53,687 nucleotides of DNA from a virus (taxonomy: Duplodnaviria > Caudoviricetes), in the IMG/VR virus record IMGVR_UViG_3300037462_000020, positions 1-53,687 of that record, one strand, 5' to 3'. Position 1 is the stretch's first letter, and each line of letters starts with the position of its first letter. A program made the position numbers and the translations under genes. Below the pieces are notes generated by a model. The model made no database searches and had not been told where the DNA came from. It was given only the letters and a program-made list of their open reading frames with translations. Shown here piece by piece: positions 35,932-46,038 of this stretch.

Positions 35932-37776
35932 ATGACACCACAGGAGTTCAGACGAATGTATGGACCAACAAACCCGGACTGCGACCTCGTTCACGCAGAG
36001 AAATATCGGGGCGAGAACGAGACCTTTCGCGAAGCCGCCAATCGCTGGTCTGGCTTTCTTCAGGACAGCCACGATCACTATATGGCTTTCCGTGACATCT
36101 CCCTCTATCAGCGTTTCATGCCTCCGGGACGTGTTCAGGCCGGGGCTGGTTCGCTCAAAAACGTGACGCTCTACAACTGCTTCGTGATGCCGACCATTCA
36201 CGACAGCTTCACGGACGGACCTTCCCAGGAAGAGATCAACAGCATTCCTCCGGGCTACCATGCAGCCGCTTCGATCATGGACGTCGCCAAGATGGCCGCG
36301 ATTACCATGCGTCAGGGTGGTGGCGTCGGCTACGACATCAGCAGTCTGCGTCCCAAGGGCGACATGATCAAGGGTGTTCAATCACTCACCGACGGGCCGC
36401 TCGCGTTCGCTCCTATCTATGACGCCGTGTGCCGCGCTACCTCTTCGGCAGGCAATCGTCGCGGCGCACAGATGCTGGTGATGCGAATCGACCATCCCGA
36501 TATCGAGGCCTTCATTCGTGCGAAGCAGGTCTCCGATCCGTCGATTCCGTATGACATGCGCCCGCTCCGTGGGTTCAACATGTCCGTCGCTGTGACCGAC
36601 AAGTTCATGGAATGCCTCGCCTCCGGCAAGCCGTTCCCGCTCCAGTTCGGTGGCCGCGTCTATCGCGAAGTCGATCCCCACGCTCTGTGGGACATGATCA
36701 TGCGGGGAACCTACGATTGGGCGGAGCCGGGAGTTCTGTTCATCGACACCATCAATCGCATGAACAATCTGTGGTATTGCGAGAATATCGCCGCCACGAA
36801 TCCCTGCGGTGAGCAGCCGCTTCCTCCCTATGGTGCATGTCTTCTCGGAAGCTTCAACCTCGTGAAGTATCTGAAGAAGGACAGCGAGGGTGCCTACTAC
36901 TTCGACTACGATATGCTGAAAGCTGATATTCCGCATGTCGTTCGGGCCATGGACAACGTGATCGATCGGTCGCGCTATCCGCTGCCTCAGCAACGGGTGG
37001 AAGCCCAGAGGAAGCGGCGCATGGGTCTCGGTGTGACCGGCCTCGCCAACGCTATCGAAGCGATGGGCGCTCCCTATGGCTCGCCTCTCTTCCTGGATAT
37101 CCAGAATCAGATCATGGGCACGATCAATCGTGAATGCTATCGTGCTTCTGCTCTGCTGGCCAAGGAGAAGGGCGCGTTTCCGCTGTTCGACTCCGAACGC
37201 TACTTGCAGGGCGAGTTCATCAAGACGCTCGACGATGAGACTCGTGATCTGATCAAGAAGTATGGCATCCGCAACTCGCACCTGACTTCGGTCGCGCCGA
37301 CTGGCACGATCAGCTTCACCGCTGACAACGTGTCCTCCGGCATCGAGCCTGTGATCGCCTACGAACAGAAGCGTCGAGTCATCGTTCCCGGTGGTCATCG
37401 GATCGTGACGGTTCCTGACTATGGCGTCTCTTCCTTGGGCGTTCGTGGTCGCACTGTCGCCAGCAATGAGATCTCGGCCAAGGAGCATATCGGTGTTCTC
37501 TGCACAGCGCAGATGCACATCGATTCGGCTTGCTCCAAGACCGTGAACGTTCCTGCGAACTTCTCGTTCGATGACTTCAAGGGCCTCTACATCATGGCCT
37601 ACGAAGGCGGCGCGAAGGGCTGCACGACCTACCGTCCGGCTGGAAACTACGATGAGCCGATCAAGGCTGCGGAAGCTGAGAAGGCCGCTGACGAGGCTGA
37701 ACAGCGTGAGCAGCCTGAGGCCTGCGGTTGGGATCCGATCACGGGTGTCCGCACGGGGGCCTGCGCCGAGAACTGA
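35932..37776 (+). CDS. nrdJ: class II (B12-dependent) ribonucleotide reductase
   Basis: TNPCGEQPL, NCF, GGGVG and APTGTIS motifs; C-terminal Cys pair; no beta-subunit gene in the window. Confidence 0.9.
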   Translation: MTPQEFRRMYGPTNPDCDLVHAEKYRGENETFREAANRWSGFLQDSHDHYMAFRDISLYQRFMPPGRVQAGAGSLKNVTLYNCFVMPTIHDSFTDGPSQEEINSIPPGYHAAASIMDVAKMAAITMRQGGGVGYDISSLRPKGDMIKGVQSLTDGPLAFAPIYDAVCRATSSAGNRRGAQMLVMRIDHPDIEAFIRAKQVSDPSIPYDMRPLRGFNMSVAVTDKFMECLASGKPFPLQFGGRVYREVDPHALWDMIMRGTYDWAEPGVLFIDTINRMNNLWYCENIAATNPCGEQPLPPYGACLLGSFNLVKYLKKDSEGAYYFDYDMLKADIPHVVRAMDNVIDRSRYPLPQQRVEAQRKRRMGLGVTGLANAIEAMGAPYGSPLFLDIQNQIMGTINRECYRASALLAKEKGAFPLFDSERYLQGEFIKTLDDETRDLIKKYGIRNSHLTSVAPTGTISFTADNVSSGIEPVIAYEQKRRVIVPGGHRIVTVPDYGVSSLGVRGRTVASNEISAKEHIGVLCTAQMHIDSACSKTVNVPANFSFDDFKGLYIMAYEGGAKGCTTYRPAGNYDEPIKAAEAEKAADEAEQREQPEACGWDPITGVRTGACAEN

Positions 37777-37806
37777 ACTATTTGCCAAGAGCGCGACAAA
37801 TAGTGC

Positions 37807-37836
37807 TTGCCTCCAGCGTCAGACCCGTGGTAGTGT
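37807..37836 (+). promoter_or_regulatory. sigma70-type promoter with leader hairpin at 37844-37865
   Basis: TTGCCT-18-TAGTGT. Confidence 0.6.
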
Positions 37837-37892
37837 TCTGATGTTGGAGGCAATGGTGCTTCCAAGGCAAATGTGCAGAAATGGAGTCACCC

Positions 37893-38606
37893 ATGACCAA
37901 GACCATCGCCTTCCTGGGCAAAGACTACACGCAGGCCGCTCTCGCCGCCATGACCGACGAGTCGCTGCTCGAACTCCGGAACCTCGTCGCCTCCAACCTC
38001 GGTGTGGCCTCGATCCGCGGCTTCAAGGACCACGATCACGCTGTCGAGCAGACCTGGAAGGCGCTCGAGAAGTTCGAGTCCACCGCTGCCTCGGAAGCTG
38101 GCGAAGCCGGTCCGGCCGAGGAAAAGCCCAAGAAGGCCAAGGCTCCGAAGGAACCCAAGGAACGGAAGCTGGCCAAGTCGTCCGGCGCGAGCCTCGTCAA
38201 GCGTCCGACCCGCAAGATGTTCGCCACCATCAAGAAGACCGGCGAGCATGATGGGACGCAGGGCCGTCAGCATCGCTGGCCGAACTACAAGGACGGCATG
38301 ACCATCGTCGACGTGATCGAGACCGAAGGCACGGAACCCTGGGACGTCTACAACTGGCAGTCGAAGGGCATCATGACCGTGGTCGAGGCCACCGACGAGG
38401 AATACGCCGAGCGTCGCGCCGCGTGGTATGCGAAGCACGGCCTGACCGACCCGGACCTGTCCAAGGAGCAGAAGGCCAAGGAGAAGGCCGACGCCAAGGC
38501 GAAGCGCGAGGCCGACATGGCCGCGAAGAAGGCTGAACGCGAGGCTGCGGCGAAGGCCAAGGCTGATGCGAAGGCCGCTGCTGCTGCGGCTCCGGCCGAG
38601 GCCTGA
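37893..38606 (+). CDS. Lys/Ala-rich hypothetical protein, possibly DNA-binding
   Basis: RBS GGAG; strong codon bias; KA-rich tail. Confidence 0.8.
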   Translation: MTKTIAFLGKDYTQAALAAMTDESLLELRNLVASNLGVASIRGFKDHDHAVEQTWKALEKFESTAASEAGEAGPAEEKPKKAKAPKEPKERKLAKSSGASLVKRPTRKMFATIKKTGEHDGTQGRQHRWPNYKDGMTIVDVIETEGTEPWDVYNWQSKGIMTVVEATDEEYAERRAAWYAKHGLTDPDLSKEQKAKEKADAKAKREADMAAKKAEREAAAKAKADAKAAAAAAPAEA

Positions 38607-38611
38607 CCTTC

Positions 38612-39535
38612 ATGGTCAGCCTCAGGGCATCCGCGTTCTACGATTACCTCAACGAACGTGAAGCGATCCGCCTTCGAAAGGAGGCGGATCGACTTGCTTC
38701 GGAGAACTTCGAAACTCCGCAAGGTCCACCGTGGACTAAGGATCAGATCCTTCGGGAATACAAGTTCACGAACGTGCGCCGCCACCACGATCGCACGAGC
38801 AACGAACTTCGTCAGAGATTCTACGGTCCGCACTTCTTCGATGATCGACGTTCGATCCTCATGAACTGCGCTCTGTTCCGATACTTCGGGACATGGGAAT
38901 TTGCTTGGGCTGTCGGCTGGCAAGATTACGAAAACTTCGACTTCGAGATGATCAAGGACGTTGCCTTCGATCGGCTCGCTGCTGGAGAGCGTGTGTTCAC
39001 CGGAGCCTACGTCATCACGAACCAAGGCATCTCAGCACCGAAGCAGGAAGTGGTCGTCGACTACTTTCTCAAGGACCTGTGGAAAGCCGTTCCTGAACTG
39101 ATGGAAATCGTCCAGAAGACCCACAAGTGGGAGAAGGTCGCAGACCGTATGCGCCAGATCGGCGGATTCGGTGGCACTGGCTTCATGACGAAGGAAGTCC
39201 TTCTGGATACGACCTACACCGGATTCTGGGAGAAGAAGTTCGAGCATCCCAAAGACGGAAGCTTCTCGTTTCCTGTCGACTGGGACAGCTGGACACCGAT
39301 CGGTCCCGGAGCGAGGCGTGGTGCTGCTCGCGTCTTGGGTGATGACTCTGCTACACCGATCAGCGAAAGCAAGTCGATGTGGGTGATCACTGAACTGCTC
39401 GAGTGGCAGAAGATCTACTGGGAACACGAAGACGTTCTCGTTCCCACGGACATTCAATTCGCGCTCTGTGAGTTCGACAAGTATGAGCGCGTCCGTCTCG
39501 GACAGGGCAAGCCTCGGAGTCGGTATCGTGCCTGA
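38612..39535 (+). CDS. 5-hmdU DNA kinase (aGPT-Pplase1/HMUDK helical family)
   Basis: ERE.IR..KE...PPWT.D.IL..YKFTNV.R..DR.S, GPGA.RG and LCEFDKY.R motifs. Confidence 0.85.
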   Translation: MVSLRASAFYDYLNEREAIRLRKEADRLASENFETPQGPPWTKDQILREYKFTNVRRHHDRTSNELRQRFYGPHFFDDRRSILMNCALFRYFGTWEFAWAVGWQDYENFDFEMIKDVAFDRLAAGERVFTGAYVITNQGISAPKQEVVVDYFLKDLWKAVPELMEIVQKTHKWEKVADRMRQIGGFGGTGFMTKEVLLDTTYTGFWEKKFEHPKDGSFSFPVDWDSWTPIGPGARRGAARVLGDDSATPISESKSMWVITELLEWQKIYWEHEDVLVPTDIQFALCEFDKYERVRLGQGKPRSRYRA

Positions 39536-39719
39536 TTGGGCATTCTGGCTCGTGGTCTGGTGGGCAGGGTGGTTTCTCATCCTGCTCACTTGGTATGAGA
39601 ATAACAAGAAGGAAGCACTTTCCGGATGGGTGTGTTTCTTCATGTTTTTTATGGCTGGATTTGCGCCGATCGTAGGCTTGATCATCGCAGTAAGAAAAGG
39701 CTTTAGAAAAGACAACTAG
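39528..39719 (+). CDS. small membrane protein
   Basis: Two hydrophobic segments; GTG start overlapping the previous stop. Confidence 0.55.
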   Translation: MPDWAFWLVVWWAGWFLILLTWYENNKKEALSGWVCFFMFFMAGFAPIVGLIIAVRKGFRKDN

Positions 39720-39722
39720 CAC

Positions 39723-39752
39723 TTGTCTTTTACAGCCGCCCCGTGCTACTAT
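39723..39752 (+). promoter_or_regulatory. sigma70-type promoter
   Basis: TTGTCT-18-TACTAT. Confidence 0.65.
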
Positions 39753-39781
39753 AAATCACACGAAGCAGCGGGGCATGAAAT

Positions 39782-41071
39782 ATGAAAATTCTGGTTGCGC
39801 TTCACCAAGTCATGGATCTTGGCGGCATCATCAACCACACAGAGCAACTGATCGGCGGCCTGAAAGATCTCGGCCACACAGTTCATCTGAAGCAGTTCGT
39901 CTATGGGATGAACGCATTCGACCAGAGGCGTGACGGTGACTTCATCGTCGGCCCAAGTGGAATTCCGCACAATCAGGGCAAGGGCTGGAACTTCACGCGA
40001 ATGCAGCGTGTTCCCTACAAGGGCGGCGCGAACCTGACATCTGCCAAGCAGATCCTCTCTGGGTATGACCTCGTGATCTGGACCGTGCCTGTTCCTTCCA
40101 AGAACAAGGAGAACCTCGGCAATCACGAATGGGTGGAACTGTATGACCTTCCGCCCAAGGTGAAGCAGATCGCCTTCGTTCATGACGGCAACATTCGCCA
40201 AGGTGCGCCTCACATTCTGGCGATCCATGACAAGCTGTCTGGTCTGGCCTGTGTCCATGGCTGTGCGCTCAACGGCTCCGACTTCATTCCCGTTCCGCGG
40301 GCGCTGATCCTCAATCCCCAGGAGATGCCGGTTCGTGGCGTCGCAGCTTGGTCTTCCAAGAAGCCGGGATTCGTGAACATGCAGACCTTCAAGGCTTGGA
40401 AACATGCTCATGAACTCATTCAAGCGATCGCCTACATGCCCAACAAGGAAGATGGCGAACTGCGCGAAGTCGCTGGCATGGGCATCGAGTATCAGTATAT
40501 GACCAGCGAGGACAAGTGCAAGGAAGAATATTTCCACGGTCCTGCTGACGACGCGTGGTTCGGCGGTATGCGATTCTGGGAAGCTGCCGAGATGAACGGC
40601 ATGGTCCATCACGGCTACTGGAACACGAATGAAGTCGCCGCGTGGCTGACGCAGGCTCGGGTCTTGGTTGACCCTAGCTGGTCCAGAAAGTATTCGGCGA
40701 TCGGCGGTCACTGGAACCGTGTCGTCGTTGACGCCATGATCCATGGTGTGATCCCCGTCGCCACTGAGATGGGCATGGGTTCGGAGATCTTTGAGGAGGG
40801 TGTTCATTACGTTGGAATTCCCGCCGGAGGTAACGATCCTCAGCAATACGCTGACATCATCCTCGAGACCAGCCACATGAACTATCGTCAAGCGGAGAAT
40901 TTCCGAGACGCTGCTCTCGATGTGCTTCCTCTTTTCGACCGCAAGACCGTTGCTCAGCAGGTCGTCGATCTTGCGAACGGAAACCTCGACACCGTCACCG
41001 GTTCCTTGAAAGGCGAGTTCGCTGACAAGGCCAGTGACATCATGTTCAACCACTTTGGAGTCCTGATGTAA
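39782..41071 (+). CDS. GT-B fold glycosyltransferase, putatively DNA-modifying
   Basis: MKIL...GG...H...L..GL..LGH.V N-terminus; LVDPS and VDAM..G.IPV C-terminal motifs. Confidence 0.75.
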   Translation: MKILVALHQVMDLGGIINHTEQLIGGLKDLGHTVHLKQFVYGMNAFDQRRDGDFIVGPSGIPHNQGKGWNFTRMQRVPYKGGANLTSAKQILSGYDLVIWTVPVPSKNKENLGNHEWVELYDLPPKVKQIAFVHDGNIRQGAPHILAIHDKLSGLACVHGCALNGSDFIPVPRALILNPQEMPVRGVAAWSSKKPGFVNMQTFKAWKHAHELIQAIAYMPNKEDGELREVAGMGIEYQYMTSEDKCKEEYFHGPADDAWFGGMRFWEAAEMNGMVHHGYWNTNEVAAWLTQARVLVDPSWSRKYSAIGGHWNRVVVDAMIHGVIPVATEMGMGSEIFEEGVHYVGIPAGGNDPQQYADIILETSHMNYRQAENFRDAALDVLPLFDRKTVAQQVVDLANGNLDTVTGSLKGEFADKASDIMFNHFGVLM

Positions 41072-42042
41072 TGCAGATTATCTCTTCCCGAAACGTCAAC
41101 GAGGCCCTTCTGCTTGGGCTTCATGCCGTGAATGAATACGGCGTTCTCCGTGACAGCCGCAACGGTCCTGTCAAGGTGTTCCGGACTCCGGTGACAACGA
41201 TCTATGAGCGGCCGACCGAGCGTGTCGTGTTCTACCCAGAGAGGGACGCCAACCCGTTCTTCCACTTTATGGAAGGACTGTGGATGATCGCTGGTCGCAA
41301 TGATGTCGAGTGGATCAGCCGGTTCAACTCGTCCATCGTGAACTACAGCGATGATGGTGTCACCTTCCATGGGGCCTACGGCTATCGCTGGCGGAAACAT
41401 TTCGGCTTCGATCAGCTGGACATCATCGCCCACCTGCTTCGCACGAACCCTGACGATCGCCGTATCGTTCTGCAGATGTGGGATCCTCGCGTCGACCTCG
41501 CCCGTGGCGGCAAGGACTTTCCCTGCAATACGGCAATCAAGTTTCGTGTGCGGGATGGTGAACTTGACATGACCGTCGAGAACCGCAGCAACGACATGAT
41601 CTGGGGAGCCTACGGCGCGAATGCCGTTCATTTCTCAATGCTTCAGGAGTTCATGGCAGCGTGGACTGGTTTCCGTGTCGGCCACTACTGGCAGGTCTCT
41701 ACGAACTTCCACGCCTACGTCTCTACGATGGAGAAACACGCTTCTCTGCTGACGCTGTCTCCCGGCTTCGACGACTACAGCATCGGAGGCGTGGAGCCTT
41801 TCCCGATGGTGAACACGGACATCGAGACCTGGATGCAGGAACTCGATATGTTCATCAATGAAGGCGCTGTCCTCGGCTTCCAGGACAAGTTCTTCAAGAA
41901 GGTGGCGATTCCCATGCTGCTCGCGTGGCAAGCCTACAAGAACAAGGAGTATGGAAAGGCGCAGTCCATTCTCACAGAGACCTGCGTCGCAACCGACTGG
42001 CGCAAGGCCGGTATCGAGTGGATCGAGCGGAGGATCAAGTGA
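41071..42042 (+). CDS. thymidylate synthase homolog, probable dUMP hydroxymethylase
   Basis: YG.RW, D.PCN and RSND..WG...AN motifs (Asn implies a dUMP substrate); clustered with HMUDK. Confidence 0.85.
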   Translation: MQIISSRNVNEALLLGLHAVNEYGVLRDSRNGPVKVFRTPVTTIYERPTERVVFYPERDANPFFHFMEGLWMIAGRNDVEWISRFNSSIVNYSDDGVTFHGAYGYRWRKHFGFDQLDIIAHLLRTNPDDRRIVLQMWDPRVDLARGGKDFPCNTAIKFRVRDGELDMTVENRSNDMIWGAYGANAVHFSMLQEFMAAWTGFRVGHYWQVSTNFHAYVSTMEKHASLLTLSPGFDDYSIGGVEPFPMVNTDIETWMQELDMFINEGAVLGFQDKFFKKVAIPMLLAWQAYKNKEYGKAQSILTETCVATDWRKAGIEWIERRIK

Positions 42043-42591
42043 ATGTATAAACTTCTCACGAACCAAGAGCGTGTGAAGTTTCTTCGTGAGGCGGGTGACG
42101 TGCAGAGACTGCATGTCATTCGCACCATCGGGGAATACTCGAATGCACAGCATTCCTTCAACATGCTGGCGATCCTTCGCCTTCTCTGGCCGGACGCACC
42201 CATCCAGCTTCTCTGGGCTATCGTGGAGCATGATGTGCCTGAGCGACTGATCGGAGACATTCCCTCTCCTTCTATTCATTACGGCGGCTTCATCGAGCCG
42301 TTCTCGATGATGGAGATGGAGCAGAGGATTCTCGGCGAACTGTTCGGCGAGTTCCATCACACCAACCTCGACGATCTGCTTCAGAGTTGGCTCAAGGGTC
42401 TGGATCTGCTCGAACTCTACCTGTATGCGAAGGACCAACTTCGCCTCGGGAACCGCAACCTGGAGACGATGCGAGTGTTCATCGAGGAACGCTTCAAGCA
42501 GAAAGCGTCTCTGTATCCTGAACCCATTCTGAATCTCTTCTACGAGTGCAAGAATTCGGATTGGGTCCACCTTCCTGACCTTGGAGCCTGA
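42043..42591 (+). CDS. HD-domain 5'-deoxynucleotidase-like protein
   Basis: V.R.H, S.A.HS, HD.PE...GDIP.P and D.LE motifs. Confidence 0.85.
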   Translation: MYKLLTNQERVKFLREAGDVQRLHVIRTIGEYSNAQHSFNMLAILRLLWPDAPIQLLWAIVEHDVPERLIGDIPSPSIHYGGFIEPFSMMEMEQRILGELFGEFHHTNLDDLLQSWLKGLDLLELYLYAKDQLRLGNRNLETMRVFIEERFKQKASLYPEPILNLFYECKNSDWVHLPDLGA

Positions 42592-42593
42592 TC

Positions 42594-43205
42594 ATGAACG
42601 ACGGAACAGAACCTGACAATCGCTACGTCGCCCAAGAAGGAGGCGACCACTATCAGGCCGAGTATCAGCATTGGGACTGGGTGACTGATATCGGCATGGG
42701 CTATCTTCCTGGGAACGCCACGAAGTATGTCGCTCGCTGGCGCAAGAAGAACGGGCTGGCCGATCTCAAGAAGGCCATGACCTACATCGACAAGATGATC
42801 GCCATTCGCCTTGTTGATCCCATCGCCGTGTTCAACCATCCGATCGGCAATGGATACAAGCTGGCGAAATGCACCGAGAGGTTCGTCGCTGTGAACCAGC
42901 TTGGTGACAAGGAACGGTCCATCTGCGAGGCCTTGTCCTACAAGTGCGATGACGCAATGTTGCGCGTTGCTCGTGATACGCTGGCGAGCCTTGTGCTGGC
43001 CGCTGGCAGGGCACAAGCCCCCGCCGCTACCCTACCACCCGCCGCCCCCGTTGCGGCCCCTGCTGGCGCGGCCTGTGGCGCGGCTGGCGGTGCTGTAGGG
43101 CAGGCCCCCGCCACCAGCACGGCCACAGAGGTCCACAGAAAGGGTCTCGACGGCATGGAGCATCCTTTCGGCTATGATGACTGGCATGAAGGTGGTCCGA
43201 CGTGA
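42594..43205 (+). CDS. DUF3310-like (T7 gp1.7-type nucleotide kinase) protein with Ala/Pro-rich tail
   Basis: GG.HY...GNA.KY..R..KKNG..DL.KA..Y motif. Confidence 0.75.
   Translation: MNDGTEPDNRYVAQEGGDHYQAEYQHWDWVTDIGMGYLPGNATKYVARWRKKNGLADLKKAMTYIDKMIAIRLVDPIAVFNHPIGNGYKLAKCTERFVAVNQLGDKERSICEALSYKCDDAMLRVARDTLASLVLAAGRAQAPAATLPPAAPVAAPAGAACGAAGGAVGQAPATSTATEVHRKGLDGMEHPFGYDDWHEGGPT
42987..43140 (+). repeat. GA/TC-free conserved element, copy B (inside a CDS)
   Basis: No GA/TC at 42987-43128; ACCCTACC at 43029; GCCACCAGCA-N5-ACAG-N2-GTCCA at 43110. Confidence 0.85.
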
Positions 43206-43318
43206 CGTGGTTCCTCCTCGCGATCTGCGTAATCTTGGTCCTGCTTCCTCCGAAGTGGGACCCTGCAATCAGGCTCAAGGAATGGAACCAGAAACGTGGT
43301 CATCAGAAAGAAAAGTGA
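43202..43318 (+). CDS. small membrane protein (38 aa, LPPKWDPAIRLKEW)
   Basis: GTGA coupling; hydrophobic N-terminus. Confidence 0.5.
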   Translation: MTWFLLAICVILVLLPPKWDPAIRLKEWNQKRGHQKEK

Positions 43319-45359
43319 TCCCAACAAGGGAGGCGCTCTCCAGCTTGGCTTCTTTACTCCTGAAGCCAGATGGTCCCCTCCTTCTATGTCAGATCTACCG
43401 TCTTGGAAGGGCGCAAAGAGAATTGCGATCGACGCAGAAACTCGCGATCCATCTCTCAGCAATGGCCTTGGACCGGGTGCTATCCGAGATGGTTACTCGG
43501 TGGGATGGGCATTCGCCATTGATGGTGGACCAAAGCATTACCTTCCCTTCCGACACGAGGGTGGTGATAACCTACCGATCGAGCAGGTTCTCGGATATCT
43601 GAGAGCACAGATCAAGGACTTCGAGGGAGAGTTCGTCGGAGCGAACCTTTCCTACGATGTTGACTATGGCTACGCTGACGGTTTCGAGTGGAACCCGAAT
43701 GCCAAGTTTCGTGATATTCAGATCGCCGACCCTCTGATCTACGAACTTCACATGAACTACTCGCTGAAAGCAATCGGCGAGAGATATGGCATCCAGTCGA
43801 AGGACGAGAACGTTCTGCTGGAGGCTGCGCGCTCCTTTGGGCTTGACCCCAAGAAAGGGTTGTGGAGACTTCCCGCTCGCTATGTCGGCGAATATGGTGA
43901 GCAAGACGTTACCTCTCCGCTGGAAATCCTCAGTGCCCAAGAGAAGATCATCGAGCAGCGCGGCCTTCGGGAGATCTGGGACCTTGAGTCCGATGTTCTG
44001 CCGGTTCTGGTTCGTATGCGACGCCGTGGTGTTCGCATTGACTTTGATCGTCTTGAGCAGATCGAAATCTGGGCGGAAAATCAAGAGCGAGAAGCCCTGC
44101 GTCTCATCAAGCACGAGACTGGTGTTCAGATCGGCTTCGGTGATGTATGGAAAGCCAACGCTCTGGCTCCTGCTCTTGAAGCGACCGGTATGCGTCTCGG
44201 CAAGACTTCCACTGGCGCACCGCAGATCGACAAGGCGCTGCTGGCTGGAGCGAAGCATCCGGTTGCGAGTGCAGTTCTTCGCGCCCGCAAGGTGAACAAG
44301 ATCCGCACCACTTTCGCAGCATCTATTCGGAAGTATGCGATCAACGGTCGCATCCATTGCAGCTTCCATCAGATCGCTCGGGAGGACGAGGACGGTGACC
44401 AGAAAGGCGTTCGGTATGGACGCCTTTCTGCTGCTGATCCGAACATGCAGCAACAGCCTTCACCGGACCGTGATCCTGAAATTGCTGGAGAATGGCGCAA
44501 GATCTTCATACCAGAGGAAGGAGCGATCTGGGGCTGCAACGACTATTCTCAGCAGGAGCCCCGGTGGACGACTCACTTCGCGGCTGTGATGGATCTACCC
44601 AAGGCGAGAGAAGCTGCCCTCCGTTACCAGAACGACCCGAACACCGACAACCATGAGATGATGACGCGACTCATTCATGGTGACTCTCAGGTCGATGCGT
44701 GGTTGGCAGAGAAGTCTCCCAACTTCAAGGTCAACCGGGGATATGCGAAGAATATCTTTCTCGGCCTGTGCTATGGCGAGGGCGAGGCGAAACTGTGTCA
44801 CGACATCGGCCTTCCCACTCGTTGGGCTTTGATCACTGGATGGGGTGAGTATCGCAGAACCGAACTGTTCGAGCATCGCTACGAAGCGATGTCTGCTCGG
44901 ATGGAGGCTGGCAAGGGATACGTCAAGGAGGTCGCTGGTCCGGAAGGTCGCGATATTCTCGATAACTTCAACAGTGAAGTTCCATATGTCGGAAAGCTGG
45001 CTGAGGCTGCGACTGAAAGAGCCAAAGAGAAAGGCTTCGTCAAAACCATCTTCGGTCGACAGTTGAACTTCGAACGTCGTGATGATGGAACCTACGACTT
45101 CACCCACAAGGCTCTGAACAGAATCATCCAAGGTTCTTCTGCGGATCAGACGAAGCTGGCCATTGTGGAACTAGATCGGGCGGGATACTTCATCCAGCTA
45201 CAGGTTCACGACGAAACTGACGGTAGCTTCGGTTCTGTTGAAGAAGCGAAAGCTGCTGGCGATATCATGAGGGACTGCGTTCTTACTCGCTGTAAGCCGT
45301 GGGTTCCCTTCAAGGTCGATACTGAATGTGGTCCTTCGTGGGGAGAAGTCAAGAAATGA
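43296..45359 (+). CDS. polA: DNA polymerase family A (3'-5' exonuclease plus polymerase)
   Basis: IDAET, GRLS..DPN.QQ, DYSQQEPR, K...LG..YG, N..IQGS.AD and QVHDE motifs. Confidence 0.95.
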   Translation: MVIRKKSDPNKGGALQLGFFTPEARWSPPSMSDLPSWKGAKRIAIDAETRDPSLSNGLGPGAIRDGYSVGWAFAIDGGPKHYLPFRHEGGDNLPIEQVLGYLRAQIKDFEGEFVGANLSYDVDYGYADGFEWNPNAKFRDIQIADPLIYELHMNYSLKAIGERYGIQSKDENVLLEAARSFGLDPKKGLWRLPARYVGEYGEQDVTSPLEILSAQEKIIEQRGLREIWDLESDVLPVLVRMRRRGVRIDFDRLEQIEIWAENQEREALRLIKHETGVQIGFGDVWKANALAPALEATGMRLGKTSTGAPQIDKALLAGAKHPVASAVLRARKVNKIRTTFAASIRKYAINGRIHCSFHQIAREDEDGDQKGVRYGRLSAADPNMQQQPSPDRDPEIAGEWRKIFIPEEGAIWGCNDYSQQEPRWTTHFAAVMDLPKAREAALRYQNDPNTDNHEMMTRLIHGDSQVDAWLAEKSPNFKVNRGYAKNIFLGLCYGEGEAKLCHDIGLPTRWALITGWGEYRRTELFEHRYEAMSARMEAGKGYVKEVAGPEGRDILDNFNSEVPYVGKLAEAATERAKEKGFVKTIFGRQLNFERRDDGTYDFTHKALNRIIQGSSADQTKLAIVELDRAGYFIQLQVHDETDGSFGSVEEAKAAGDIMRDCVLTRCKPWVPFKVDTECGPSWGEVKK

Positions 45360-45544
45360 AAAGCAACCTTCTGGATATTCCTGCTCGGTTCATCGCCGAG
45401 ACAGAGAAGGCGAGAAAGTTCGACGTCGGTCTTAAGGATGCTGTCTGGCTTCCCAAGAGCCAACACGAATGGGATGAGGCAGAAGGAATCATCACTCTGC
45501 CTGAAGATGTGGCCATCGAGAAAGGTATGGAGAATCTCGCATGA
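45356..45544 (+). CDS. hypothetical protein (ETEKA...VWLPKSQ)
   Basis: ATGA coupling at both ends. Confidence 0.7.
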   Translation: MKSNLLDIPARFIAETEKARKFDVGLKDAVWLPKSQHEWDEAEGIITLPEDVAIEKGMENLA

Positions 45545-46038
45545 AATGGAACCAGAAAACGATTCACCAGTGGGGAATCGATACGTTCGGAAATGCTGCC
45601 CTCAACACTCTGGGCGTCGCTATCCGAATGTCGAAGGAAGCGATCGAACTTTCGAACGTTCTCATGAAGCTGGATGATGTCGAGAAGATCTCGATGGAGT
45701 CTGCTGATGTCGCGATCGTTCTCGTTCAGGTTGCGAACTGCATCGGCTTCGATGTTCACGCTGAAGATCAAGCTGTCGAAGAAGTCGACAGTGCGATCGA
45801 CACTGAAATCGATGCCGCCATGATCTTGAACGCAGCGGCTATCGATCTTCTGTCCGCGATCTTCCATGGTGCGGAGAGAACGCAGGTTGTTCTTCAGATC
45901 AGGAAGATCATGACCTGTCTCGGCGCGCTCGAAGAGATCTACGAATTTGATCTGGTTGAGAAGATCCAGGTCAAGATGGAGATCAACGCCGCCCGTCAGT
46001 GGGCTCAGGGTAAAGATGGGAGTTTCCAGCATGTCTGA
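45541..46038 (+). CDS. MazG-like nucleotide pyrophosphohydrolase
   Basis: W...TFG, E..EL, E.ADV.I and KM.IN..R.W motifs. Confidence 0.75.
   Translation: MKWNQKTIHQWGIDTFGNAALNTLGVAIRMSKEAIELSNVLMKLDDVEKISMESADVAIVLVQVANCIGFDVHAEDQAVEEVDSAIDTEIDAAMILNAAAIDLLSAIFHGAERTQVVLQIRKIMTCLGALEEIYEFDLVEKIQVKMEINAARQWAQGKDGSFQHV

Noticed and set aside
41071-42042. dCMP hydroxymethylase (T4-like glucosyl-hmC pathway)
   Set aside because: The specificity position appears to be Asn rather than Asp, and dCMP deaminase plus HMUDK point to a dUMP substrate. Modification of C in TC is less likely but untested.
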